A stretch of 64,000 bases of DNA, taken from NCBI GenBank assembly GCA_038087875.1, contig CM075990.1, positions 17,982,001 through 18,046,000 on the forward strand, written 5' to 3'. The DNA comes from Malacoraja senta (lineage: Eukaryota). Made by a program: the position numbers and the translations under genes. Each line of letters opens with the position of its first letter. Position 1 is the first letter of the stretch. The notes below the pieces were generated by a model. That model had not been told where the DNA came from. It saw nothing but the letters and a program-made list of their open reading frames with translations, and ran no database searches. Below are positions 38,136 through 50,543 of this stretch, one piece after another.

Positions 38136-39570
38136 AGAGAGGAAAGCCTTGGATCTGGCTAGGGTGCAGCAATGGGGAAACAGTGGCAGGGGCAGCTAAA
38201 TGAACGTTCTGAATGTTCATAATGACAGAAAAAGTTGGTGGGTGACTACAGTGGAACAAGTGAATGATTTTGTGATAACATGGAACTGCAGATGCTGGTT
38301 TATACCAAAGATAGACACAAAATGTTGGAGTAACAGTAGGCTAGGCAGCATCCCTGGAGAAATTGGATAGGTGACATTTGTCAATCTAAAAAAGGGTTCC
38401 AATCTGAAACATTGCCTATCCATGTTCCCCAGTAATGCTGCCTGACCTACTGAGCTATTCCTGCATTTTGTGCCTATCTTAAGTAAATGTTGGAAGAGTT
38501 GAGCAGATCTTCCTCCTAGGTAAACGCCACAGCAAATGGAAATGCAAAGGTGATACAAGTGAGAAGTGCAATTATGTAGAGTATTGAATAATTGGTTCCA
38601 GGACTATGTGGAAGTAAGTGCAGCTGGAAAGGAAGAGGGAGGAAACACATTGGGAAATGGTGGCAGAGCCAAGTTTTAAACAAGAAACAATTTGACTGCA
38701 ACAGAACAGGATGCTCAAATGGTATCAAGAGAATAGTAAGAGAGACTTATGTGATTAAAGGAAAATAATATGCGACTGAGGATATTCTCTTGTGCTGAGG
38801 AAGAAGTAGAGGGTCATTATTGTTGTGCTAATGAATTGAGACCCAATAACGTGAGCCAGTCCTAATAACATGAGGCCAAAAGCATTGAGCTGGAGAATGG
38901 CCAAACTCCCACTTGTATCACCATTGCTGTGCACAAGGTACCAGCTAAATCTAGGATCAGAGCTAGAGCCTAGGGGTGGTTGGAGGTTCAGATGGGTCAG
39001 ATCAAACAAACAGTCAGGGACAGAGGTGGGTGAGGTGAATTGCACAGTCATGAGGTGGAATTGATGGGTGGGTGGTGTCAATCCAAAGAAGGCACATAAT
39101 CACGTGGCCTTCAGTTGCGGACTGGGATCTGCTGAGAAAGCGACACTGTTAAAACATCATAAAGTGCCCAATGAAAGTGCACTTTGGAACAAACTAATAT
39201 TTAAGGCTGTAGTGTGCGCAATAATTCAGTCCTCCTTTAATGAATGGCGTGTTATCAGCTCAAGGAATATTTACAACTAGGTCAAGATTCGGGAGTGGCA
39301 CAATTGAACCCTAAAATGAACATTAATTGTAATTTCCTCTGGAAATAATCAATTTTTGTGTTTATAATTTCAAAATAAACAATGCCATGTGAGATTTTCT
39401 AGGCTGAAGTCTATGTCAAATGTCAAACACGTCCGACAAGAGGATATTCCATTCACATAAACACATAAATAGAATTGTTCTTGTTCTTGTACTCTAGGCC
39501 ACATCAGTTAACATAAATCATTTTGTGTCTGGCAAATGCATGAAAGAACCATTTTTAAATTAATACTTAC

Positions 39571-39662
39571 TGATTTTTTTCTGACATTGTGGAATATCAC
39601 AGAATTCCCAGTTATTTTTCCTTTGAACATAACACCAAGGCTTGCTGTCACCATCTGGATTC
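39571..39662 (-). CDS. PLAU: Plasminogen activator kringle, second half, 92 nt
   Basis: (R)NPDGDSKPWCYVQRKNNWEFCDIPQCQKKI|gtaagt. Confidence 0.93.
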
Positions 39663-39939
39663 CTTCATGGGAAAAATATCAAAAACATGAATTGTAATGG
39701 TACAGATAGAAAGTAGAATTAGAATTTCAAATAAACAACTTTTTCTTCTTATCGAGTCCACACACAAGATTAGAAGTTGTTCAGCCAGAGCTGAACAGAC
39801 TTCTCGGCATCTGCATACAATGGTGGCTGTCTTGTCGCTTCTTGTGCGTGGTGGTGGAAGATTTGTGGAAACAGGGCCGCATTTGAACATTTCCAGATCT
39901 CCCTTGGGTTAGAATTCCGGCTTTTTATCCTTTGAGTTT

Positions 39940-40855
39940 TAGAAAGCCTTTCATAAGATGCCACACGTGAGACTGCTAAGGAAGATGGAGCCAATGGTAT
40001 CAAAGGGCAGATACTAGCATGGATAGCAGGTTGCCTGGATGGCAGGCGGCAAAGAGTGGCAAAAAAGGGGGCCTTTTCTGGTTGGCTGCCAGTGACTAGC
40101 GGAGTTCCGCAGAGGTTGGTGCTGGGGCCACTACTCTTCACGTTGTATACTAATGATTTGGATGAGGGAATTGAAGGCTTTGTGGCCAAGTTTGTGGATG
40201 ATATGAAAGTAGGTGTAGAGGCAGGTAGTGTAGAGAAAACAGGGACTCTGCAGCAGGACTTGGACAGGTTGGGAGAGTGGGCAGAGAAGTGGCAGATGGA
40301 ATATAGTGTGGCAAAGTGTGGAGTCATGCATTTTGGTAGTAGGAATAAAAGTATAGACTATTTTCTAAATGAGGAGAGAATCCAGAAATCGCAGGTGCAA
40401 AGGGACTTGGGCGTGCTGGTACAGGATTCCCAGAAAGTTAATCTGCAAGTCGAATCGGTAGTAAAGAAGGCACACTCAATGCTAGCATTTATTTCACAAG
40501 AGCTAGAATACAAAAACAGGGCTGTAATGCTGAGGCTCTGTTAGGCACTGGTCAGGCCACATTTGTAGTATTGTGAACCATTTTGGGCACCATATCTGAG
40601 GAAGGATGTGCTGGCTCTGGAGGGGGTCCAGAGGAGATTTACAAGAATGATCCCAGGAATGAGTGGGTTATCATATGATGGGCATTTGATGGCAACGGAT
40701 ATTTTTAAGGCAGAGATAGATAGATTATTGATTGGTATGGGTGTCTGGGGTTACGGGGAGAGGAGGGAGAGATAGATCAGTCACGATTGAATGGCGGAGT
40801 AGACTTGGTAGGCCGAATGGCCTAATTCTGTTCCTATCATTTATGACATTTATGA
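39940..40855 (+). mobile_element. CR1 LINE RT and 3' region, older, internally deleted
   Basis: ORF 40056..40544 VTSGVPQ...KFVDD...WQMEYSVAKC. Confidence 0.85.
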
Positions 40856-41344
40856 GCAAAGACATTTGTCGAGATGAATCATGGGTAGAAATTGTTGAGA
40901 AAGTAATTACTAATTGAAAATGTCTTGGATTTTCAAGCATGCTATTTTAATGTTGTAGTTAGAAGTTCATCCAAGATTATTCACCCATAGGAATTTACCT
41001 CCATGATGCTGATTTAACTCTCAAACCATTTGTTGGTTTAAATGCAGAGAAACAACATGAGGAGATTGAAGACAGGCCGATTTGTAAATAGTGCTGGGAG
41101 GTGGTGTGGGAGAAGCAGCTTTCCCCAGTGGCTACAGGGAACCCCACAGACAGATACTGGAGCCCACACTACTTCCTAGCCTGCCAGCAGGCCTCCTCCT
41201 GCTTCCTTTGTCGAGACTGCACCAACCTTGACCTGGATTCACCAGACAGTGCTCTAAGGCAGGATTCTCTCAATAAATAATGATAAATATATTGAGACCA
41301 TGCTTGCCTTAATCTTTGTATCAGAACTTTAGGCTTTTTCTGTG

Positions 41345-42462
41345 TCTTAAAGCACACGGTATTGGGGGTTCAGTATTGATGTGGATAGAGAACTGGCTGG
41401 CAAACAGGAAGCAAAGAGTAGGAGTAAACGGGTCCTTTTCAGAATGGCAGGCAGTGACTAGTGGGGTACCGCAAGGCTCAGTGCTGGGACCCCAGCTATT
41501 TACAATATATATTAATGATTTGGACGAGGGAATTGAATGCAACATCTCCAAGTTTGCGGATGACACGAAGCTGGGGGGCAGTGTTAGCTGTGAGGAGGAT
41601 GCTAGGAGGCTGCAAGGTGACTTGGATAGGCTGGGTGAGTGGGCAAATGCATGGCAGATGCAGTATAATGTGGATAAATGTGAGGTTATCCACTTTGGGG
41701 GCAAAAACAGGAAAGTAGACTATTATCTAAATGGTGGCCGATTAGGAAAAGGGGAGATGCAACGAGACCTGGGTGTCATGGTACACCAGTCATTGAAAGT
41801 AGGCATGCAGGTGCAGCAGGCAGTGAAGAAAGCGAATGGTATGTTAGCTTTCATAGCAAAAGAATTTGAGTATAGGAGCAGGGAGGTTCTACTGCAGTTG
41901 TACAGGGTCTTGGTGAGACCACACCTGGAGTATTGCGTACAGTTTTGGTCTCCAAATCTGAGGAAAGACATTCTTGCCATAGAGGGAGTACAGAGAAGGT
42001 TCACCAGACTGATTCCTGGGATCTCAGGACTTTCATATGAAGAAAGACTGGATAGACTCGGCTTGTACTCGCTAGAATTTAGAAGATTCAGGGGGGATCT
42101 TATAGAAACTTACAAAATTCTTAAGGGGTTGGACAGGCTAGATGCAGGAAAATTGTTCCTGATGTTGGGGAAGTCCAGGACAAGGGGTCACAGTTTAAGG
42201 ATAAAGGGGAAATCCTTTAGGACCGAGATGAGAAAAACATTTTTTCACACAGAGTGGTGAATCTCTGGAACTCTCTGCCACAGAAGGTAGTTGAGGCCAG
42301 TTCATTGGCTATATTTAAGAGGGAGTTAGATGTGGCCCTTGTGGCTAATGGGATCAGGGGGTATGGAGAGAAGGCAGGTACAGGATACTAAGTTGGATGA
42401 TCAGCCATGATCATATTGAATAGGCTCCTGCACCTATTTTCTATGTTTCTATGTTTCTATGT
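41345..42462 (+). mobile_element. CR1 LINE 5'-truncated copy, young subfamily
   Basis: 314-aa ORF 41316..42260 with FADD; (TTTCTATG)n tail. Confidence 0.94.
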
Positions 42463-43289
42463 CTTGGGAGTTTCATGGAAACAGGTCCTTAGGCTCATGC
42501 AGTGTATGCCCACCATCAAGCACCCGTTTACCCTAATCCTATTTTATTTGCCCCACATTCCCATCATAAACCTCCTCAATTCTACTGCTTACCTACACAA
42601 GTGGGAACTCTTACAGCAGCCAATTAACCTACCAATCTTCACACGTTTTGGATTTGAGAGAATCACGGAATATCCAGAGGAAACTCACATGGTGCCCCAT
42701 TGCAGGAAGGATGAGAAACTTTAGAGATTGTGCAGAGGAGGTTCACCAGATTAATGTAATCTTATACTAAATGTTGTATACTTTATTCTTTATCTGTACA
42801 CTGCAGATGGCTGATTGTAATCATACATAATATTTTCCTTGACAAGATAGCACTCAACAAAGGCTTTTCGCTGTACCTTGGTATGTGTGACAATAAACTA
42901 AAATGCCTGGATTAGGGGGTGTTAGGATACTACTGTGGGAAGTGAATTTTAAATCAAATCGTGTATGTCATTCCTGCTATCTTTTGGTAGGTTAATAGAT
43001 TTTGTTCACAACTTTTTCAAAAATTACAGTGTAAGGGTTTTGTCAGAGGAACCATACTGGCTGTCAGGAAAGACTTTCAGCAGAGATTCTTATAAGCACC
43101 TTGCCACTCTGAGCAGAGATATTTTATTGTACCCATTGCTGTCAGTCTGTTCTTTGCAGCTAGGTTTAGAGAATGACCACTCATTTCAGTAGGTTTAGAA
43201 ATATAACTTTAAAAATACCCAGATAGTCATCTATTAACTTCCAATTCTCAAAGCCGAACTTTCATTCAGGCTGAAAGAAATATAATATG

Positions 43290-44565
43290 TAGGAAGGAAC
43301 TGCATATGCTGGTTTACATCGAAGTAAGACACAAAGTACTGAAATAACTCAGCCTGTCAGGCAGCATCTCAGGAGAAAAAGGAGGGGTGGTGTTTTGGTT
43401 CGGAAACCTTCTTCAGACTGAAGGTAGAGGGGAGGGGGGAACTGGAATAGGAAAAGGCCAGAACAAATTAGAGCCAGATGACCAAGGAAGAATGGAGCCC
43501 ATAATGGCCCATTGTTGGTTGCGGTATTGATGATAACAAAAAGATACAGAGCTGTGAACAATGGATCTAGTAGGATGATTAGGGTGGGGGAGGGGAAAAG
43601 AGAGATTGTAGGAGTGACTTGAAATGAGAGACATCAATGTTCATACCGCTAGGTTGTAAGCTGCCCATGTGAAATATGAGGTGCTGTTCCACTAATTTGC
43701 ATGTGGCCTTACCCCAACAGTGGAGGAGGCTCAGGACAGAAAGGTCAGTATGGAATTGGGAAGGGGAGTTGAAACGTTTGGCAACTGGGAGATCGCTTAG
43801 AACTGAGCGACTGAGTGGACTGAGAGCAAGTGCTCAGCGAAACATTTGCCCAGTATGCGCTTGGTCTCGTCGATATATACGAGCCCATAGCAAGAACAAT
43901 GGATACAGTAGATGAGGTGTAAGTGAACCTCTGCCTCACCTGTCGGGGTCCCTGGATGGAGTCGAGGGAGGAGGTAGAGGGACAGGTGTTGCATCTCCTG
44001 TGATTGCAGGGGAAGGTACCTGCAGAGGGGGTGGTTTAAGTGGGAAGGGATGAATGAACCAGGGAGTTGCAGAGGGAACAGTCTCTGCAGAAAACCGAAA
44101 TGGGTGGAGATAGGAAGACATGACTAGTGGTGGGATCCCATTGACGGTGGCAAAAATGTTAGAGGATGATATGCGACGGCTGATGGGGTGAAAAGGTGAG
44201 GACTAGGGGGAATCCGTCCCTGTTGCAACTGATGGGAAGTGGAGCAGGATTGGAACTATGGGATAATGAGGAGACATGTGCGAGGGCGTCATCTGTGATT
44301 GAAGAGGGGAACCCCCGTTCCCTAAAGAATGAAGACATCTCAGATGTGCCGGTATGGAACACTTCCTCTTGGGAGCAAATGCAGCAAAGACGGAGGAATT
44401 GGGAGTAGGGGTTTGTGTCTTCGCAGGAGGCAGGGTGGGTAGTCCAGACAGCTGTGGGAGTCAGTAGGTTTGTAATAGACTGAAGTCGATAGTCTATCTC
44501 CTGTGATGGAGATGGTGAGATCAAGAAAGGGGAGGGAGGTGCTGGAAAATATCATTGTTGGCAAA
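43290..44565 (-). mobile_element. Penelope-like element, decayed
   Basis: LPFLDLTISITGDRLSTSVYYKPTDSH; PYSQFLRLCCICS; LIYCIHCSCYGLVYIDETKR (GIY-YIG); terminal repeat near 43295-43420. Confidence 0.85.
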
Positions 44566-44670
44566 GGGTTTCAAACTAGAAACATTTGTTTTCCCACATT
44601 GTTGGCATCACTAACGGTGAACATCATTCATAATAAATAATTCAAAGCATTTTGTAAAGTCAAAATATAC

Positions 44671-44845
44671 CGGCAATAATTGTGACGCCCAAGACCCAGT
44701 TCCCATGCGTCTGATCTCATTGTACTGTATTTCCTTTCAAGAACAGCAGCTGAATTCCATCTCAAGCATTTAAAGCCAGATACTGTGTAATCTCTTGTGC
44801 CCCTGTAATTTTTTCCACTCTTAGTAATGCACTGGGATTTAGCAT
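44671..44845 (-). CDS. PLAU: Plasminogen activator kringle, first half, 175 nt
   Basis: (D)AKSQCITKSGKNYRGTRDYTVSGFKCLRWNSAAVLERKYSTMRSDAWELGLGRHNYC(R)|gtata; ttttag acceptor. Confidence 0.93.
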
Positions 44846-45131
44846 CTAAAACAAAACATAGCTATTATTGTAATTGTATTTGACGATTCTGTTCTGTATC
44901 TCACGCCAACAATGAACAATTTTTTGAGGAGGGCTTTTGTTAATCAGGCACAATATTATTTAGAATAGTTTCAATTAACATTATAAAAGCTGCTTTAACA
45001 TATCAACAGCCTTGCATTTATTGGTTTATTATAGTCATGTGTAGCAAGATACAGTAAAAAGCTTTAATTTGCATTCTCTCCATTAAATCAGATAATGCCA
45101 TACACAAATACAATCAATTCATATACAAGTA

Positions 45132-45810
45132 TCTCTATAATTATAGAACACTGATCTTGGATGTGGATTAATTTATTTGTGTATTTGTTTGTTAGTCTGT
45201 GATTCACATCTCCTCGAAAACACGACACGCTAGCGGTAACATTTTTACATATTCCGATAGAGATTTACGCCATGATGTCAAAAATCGCCTTATCTGTAAA
45301 CTTGATTCATTATTTCTTGAGTTATTTATTTAAATTGTTCACAAATCTGAAATCACTTTTAAAGTTAACGAGCTGATGACATCACAATGGCTCTGCTCCT
45401 CGCGGCCCGCTGCGCACTGTTTTCCACGCTTGCGCCTCGGCTCGGGTTTCCCGAGAGCTGCCGAGAGCTTTGGTCGGCGCACGCCTGCAGCCCGCCCAGA
45501 CTCTTTCGGCCCAACCTGTGCTCCTTTGGTCGACACTCGCTCGCCGCTCGCGCCTCGCGTCTCTTCCCCTCCGCTCTCTCCCCCTCCCTCTCTCTCTCCC
45601 CCCTCCCTTTCTCTCTCCCCCCCTCTCTCCCCCCCTCTCTCCCCATCCCCTCTCTCTCCCCCCCACCCCTTCTCTCTCTCCCCCCCTCTCTCCTCTCCCC
45701 CCCTCTCTCTCCTCTCCCCCCCCTCTCTCTCCTCTCCCCCCCCTCTCTCTCCTCTCCCCCCCCTCTTCCTCCCCTCCCCCCCCCTTAATTCCCATATTTC
45801 ACTCTGCTAG
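45132..45810 (+). mobile_element. Possible Helitron-like non-autonomous element ending in a long CT-rich tract
   Basis: A|TC start, tgtttgtt microsatellite-like segment, GC-rich core, CTAG at 45807-45810; no clear 3' hairpin. Confidence 0.3.
45560..45786. repeat. Polypyrimidine/polypurine (CT-rich) low-complexity tract
   Basis: About 225 bp of almost only C and T with repeated ctctcccccc units. Confidence 0.9.
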
Positions 45811-45819
45811 ATCCTTCTA

Positions 45820-47960
45820 TGGGCAATGAAGACATTTAAAGACTGCATGGATGAACTACAAAAATTGTTCATCCCAGTTTGGCAAAAGAATAAATCAGGG
45901 AAGGTAGTGCATCCGTGGATAACAAGGGAAATCAGGGATGGTATCAAAGCGAAGGATGATGCGTACAAATTAGCCAGAAAAAGCAGCATACCGGAGGACT
46001 GGGAGAAATTCAGAGACCAGCAGAGGAGGACAAAGGGCTTAATTAGGAAAGGAAAAATAGATTATGAAAGAAAACTGGCAGGGAACATAAAAACTGACTG
46101 CAAAAGTTTTTATAGATATGTGAAAAGAAAGAGATTAGTTAAAACAAATGTAGGTCCCTTGCAGTCAGAAACAGGTGAGTTGATCATGGGGAACAAGGAT
46201 ATGGCGGACCAATTGAATAACTACTTTGGTTCCGTCTTCACTAAGGAAGACATAAATAATCTGCCGGAAATAGCAAGGGACCGCAGGTCAAAGGAGTTGG
46301 AGGAATTGAGTGAAATCCAGGTTAGTCGGGAAGTGGTGTTGGGTAAATTGAATGGATTAAAGGCCGATAAATCCCCAGGGCCAGATAGGCTGCATCCCAG
46401 AGTACTTAAGGAAGTAGCTCCAGAAATAGTGGATGCATTAGTAATAATCTTTCAAAACTCTTTAGATTCTGGAGTAGTTCCTGAGGATTGGCGAGTAGCA
46501 AACGTAAACCGCACTTTTTAAGAAGGGAGGGAGAGAGAAAACGGGGAATTACAGACCAGTTAGTCCAACATCGGTAGTGGGGAAACTGCTAGAGTCAGTT
46601 ATTAAAGATGGGATAGCAGCACATTTGGAAAGTGGTGAAATCATTGGACAAAGTCAGCATGGATTTACGAAAGGTAAATCATGTCTGACGAATCTTATAG
46701 AATTTTTCGAGGATGTAACTAGTAGCGTGTATAGGGGAGAACCAGTGGATGTGGTGTATCTGGACTTCCAGAAGGCTTTCGACAAGGTCCCACATAAGAG
46801 ATTAGTATACAAACTTAAAGCACATGGCATTGGAGGTTCAGTATTGATGTGGATAGAGAACTGGCTGGCAAACAGGAAGCAAAGAGTAGGAGTAAACGGG
46901 TCCTTTTCACAATGGCAGGCAGTGACTAGTGGGGTACCGCAAGGCTCAGTGCTGGGACCCCAGCTATTTACAATATATATTAATGAACTGGATGAGGGAA
47001 TTGAAGGCAATATCTCCAAGTTTGCGGATGACACTAAGCTGGGGGGCAGTGTTAGCTGTGAGGAGGATGCTAGGAGACTGCAAGGTGACTTGGATAGGCT
47101 GGGTGAGTGGGCAAATGTTTGGCAGATGCAGTATAATGTGGATAAATGTGAGGTTATCTATTTTGGTGGCAAAAACAGGAAAGCAGACTATTATCTAAAT
47201 GGTGGCCGACTAGGAAAAGGGGAGATGCACCGAGACCTGGGTGTCATGGTACACCAGTCATTGAAAGTAGGCATGCAGGTGCAGCAGGCAGTGAAGAAAG
47301 CGAATGGTATGTTAGCTTTCATAGCAAAAGGATTTGAGTATAGGAGCAGGGAGGTTCTACTGCAGTTGTACAGGGTCTTGGTGAGACCACACCTGGAGTA
47401 TTGCGTACAGTTTTGGTCTCCAAATCTGAGGAAGGACATTATTGCCATAGAGGGAGTGCAGAGAAGGTTCACCAGACTGATTCCTGGGATGTCAGGACTG
47501 TCTTATGAAGAAAGACTGGATAGACTTGGTTTATACTCTCTAGAATTTAGGAGATTGAGAGGGGATCTTATAGAAACTTACAAAATTCTTAAGGGGTTGG
47601 ACAGGCTAGATGCAGGAAGATTGCTCCCGATGTTGGGGAAGTCCAGGACAAGGGGTCACAGCTTAAGGATAAGTGGGAAATCCTTTAAAACCGAGATGAG
47701 AAGAACTTTTTTCACACAGAGAGTGGTGAATCTCTGGAACTCTCTGCCACAGAGGGTAGTCGAGGCCAGTTCATTGGCTATATTTAAGAGGAGTTAGATG
47801 TGGCCCTTGTGGCTAAAGGGATCAGAGGGTATGGAGAGAAGGCAGGTACGGGATACTGAGTTGGATGATCAGCCATGATCATATTGAATGGTGGTGCAGG
47901 CTCGAAGGGCCGAGTGGCCCACTCCTGCACCTAATTTCTATGTTTCTATGTTTCTATGCT
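45820..47960 (+). mobile_element. CR1 LINE 2.1-kb 5'-truncated copy, young subfamily
   Basis: ORFs 45826..46521 and 46577..47797 (frameshift near 46510); RT motifs; (TTTCTATG)n tail. Confidence 0.95.
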
Positions 47961-48448
47961 ACATAAAATCACCCTGTTCTTTGCTTCTGACCGACATGAC
48001 TATTAACCACCTCTAAGCTTCCATCCCACCCTACTAAGAAAGGCTTGACTTCTGTATTCATGTGCCCATTCTAATGCAGAGTCACTACCTCCATTTGCTT
48101 TTGCCCATTGACTCATCAGCATCACATCACCCATTTGTTTGTCCAGTTCCATCTGAAGTTTTGCAATTTACTAATTTGGTTGGGTTCTGCATGAAATGTT
48201 ATATATAGTTTCAGATATCTGCCCGACTCATACAAAAACCTTTGATATTGAATGATTACTACATTGTCAGAGGTAACATCTTTCAGAATGGATAGAAATC
48301 AAGGTCCCATCCATCTGTACATTTTACTATTAAAAGTTTCAATGATAATATGTAACCATGTTATGGTCAATATACTTCCTTAACCAGCATTATTAAACCA
48401 TATTTTTAATAATACAGGTAAATAAACAATAATCTTGATTGCTGGATG

Positions 48449-48555
48449 ACAGTGTTTACCAACGTATCCCTCTGGGCAAAGACAGACATAATCTTCTGAA
48501 TAATGAGGTTATTCACAGCTTCCCCCGTCTAGGCCTCTGTTTATAGCATACTCAG
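48449..48555 (-). pseudogene. Degenerate EGF (growth-factor domain) pseudo-exon of the plasminogen activator gene
   Basis: Translates EYAINRGLDGGSCE*PHYSEDYVCLCPEGYVGKHC; 4 of 6 EGF cysteines kept; TAA at 48509-48511; no GT donor at the expected place; lies in the intron where the EGF exon belongs. Confidence 0.82.
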
Positions 48556-48947
48556 CTTCATAAACTATACATTTTCGTTTTGACTACATTTCTATTATTC
48601 ACATTTTCTGAACTTTGCCATCCTGTCTTTCATCCTCACTGAAAGATATTATTTTCAAATTCTGAATAGATGGACTTTAAAAGGCTCCCGTATGTCAGAT
48701 GTGGATTTATTCCTGAACAATAGCTCTCAACCTACTTTGCCCAGCTCCTGCCAAATGACACTGTTGTGATCAGGCTTTCTCAATTTAGCACCTCCCCACT
48801 GCCCACCCCCAATCCATGGTTCAAGCTTAATCTTATCCATAACCTTGCAAAAACATACAAATTCATGGCTGTTGTTCCCAAAATTCTCTCCCACTGAAAC
48901 TCCCATCACGTAGCCAGGCTTGTTAGGCCCTTCCCTGGTTGGCTGTT

Positions 48948-50340
48948 TCCTCCAAATACAAAGCGTAGCTATGGGCACGCGCATGGGCCCCAGCTATCCC
49001 TGCCTCTTTGCCGGGTACGTCGAACAATCCTTGTTCGAGACGTACCAGGGCCCCATCCCCGACCTCTACCTCCGCTACATCGACAATTGCTTTGGTGCTA
49101 CCTTCTGCACCCACACACAACTAACTGACTTCATCCACTTCACCACTAACTTCCATCCGGCACTCAAATACACCTGGACCATTTCCGACATTTCCCTACC
49201 ATTTCTTAACCTCACTATCTCCATCGCAGGTGATAGACTTCTGACCGACATCCACTATAAACCCACTGACTCCCATGGCTATCTAGACTACTCTTCTTCC
49301 CACCCTGCTTCCTGTAAGGACTCCATCCCCTACTCCCAATTCCTCCATCTACACCGCATCTGCTCCCAGGATGAGGTGTTCCACACCAGGGCATCGGAAA
49401 TGTCCTCATTCTTCAGGGAACGGGGGTTCCCCTCCCCTACTATAGATGAGGCTCTCACCAGGGTCTCTTCCATACCCCGTAACACTGCTCTCTCTCGCCA
49501 TCCCCCCACTCGTAACAAGGGCAGAGTCCCCCTAGTCCTCACATTCCACCCCACTAGCCGTCACATACACCAAATAGTCCTCCGTCATTTTCGTCACCTC
49601 CAACGTGACCCCACCACTCGCCACATCTTCCCATCCCCCCCCCCCCGTCTGCTTTCCGCAAAGACCGCTCCCTCCGTAACTCCCTGGTCAATTCTTCCCT
49701 TCCCTCCCGCACCACCCCCTCCCCAGGCACTTTCCCTTGCAACCGCAAGAGGTGCTACACCTGTCGCTTTACCTCCCCCCTCGACTCCATTCAAGGACCC
49801 AAGCAATCGTTCCAGGTGCGACAAAGGTTCACCAGCATCTCCTCCAACCTCATCTATTGCATCCACTGCTCTAGATGTCAGCTGATCTACATCGGTGAGA
49901 CCAAGCGTAGGCTTGGCGATCGTTTCGCCGAACACCTCCGCTCGGTCCGCATTAACCAAACTGATCTCCCGGTAGCTCAGCACTTCAACTCCCCCTCCCA
50001 TTCCGAATCTGACCTCCCTGTCCTGGGCCTCCTCCATGGCCAGAGTGAGCACCACCGGAAATTGGAGGAGCAGCACCTCATATTCCGCCTGGGCAGTTTG
50101 TACCCTAGTGCCATAAACATTGAATTCACCAATTTCCGGTAGCCCTTGCTGTCTCCTCCCCTTCTCAGCTCTCCCTCAGCCCTCGGGCTCCTCCTCTTCT
50201 TTTTTCCTTTCTTCTCCCCATCCCCCCCCCCCCCACCCTACATCAGTCTGAAGAAGGGTTTCGGCCCGAAACTTTGCCTATTTCCTTCGCTCCACAGATG
50301 TTGCTGCACCCGCTGAGTTTCTCCAGCTCTTTTGTCTACC
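48948..50340 (+). mobile_element. Penelope-like element, 5'-truncated (RT C-terminus, GIY-YIG endonuclease, terminal repeat), 9-bp TSD
   Basis: VAMGTRMGPSY, YLRYIDNCF, LPFLNL, HYKPTDSH; LIYCIHCSRCQLIYIGETKRRLGDRFAEH; TTGGCTGTT at 48939-48947 and 50341-50349. Confidence 0.92.
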
Positions 50341-50543
50341 TTGGCTGTTGACATATTGTTTCAAGAAACCCTTTTGGGTACAACTAACAAATTCTGCCCA
50401 TTGAGCCTCAGGCACCTAAGAAGTCCTAAATTGAGGTGCAAAATTGAGGAACACAACAGTGTCATTTGGCAGGAGCTAGGCAAAGTAGGTTGAAAGTTGT
50501 TGTTCAGGAATAAATCCACATCTGACATACGGGAGCCTTTTAA

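Noticed and set aside
35185..39565. Second kringle or linker exon, including the donor-like site at 35361-35366
   Set aside because: No kringle motifs were found; the candidate exon upstream of that donor has stops in all three frames from the acceptor tested.
45339..45829. Pro/Ser/Leu-rich and Gly/Glu/Arg-rich ORFs
   Set aside because: Translation of a CT low-complexity tract.
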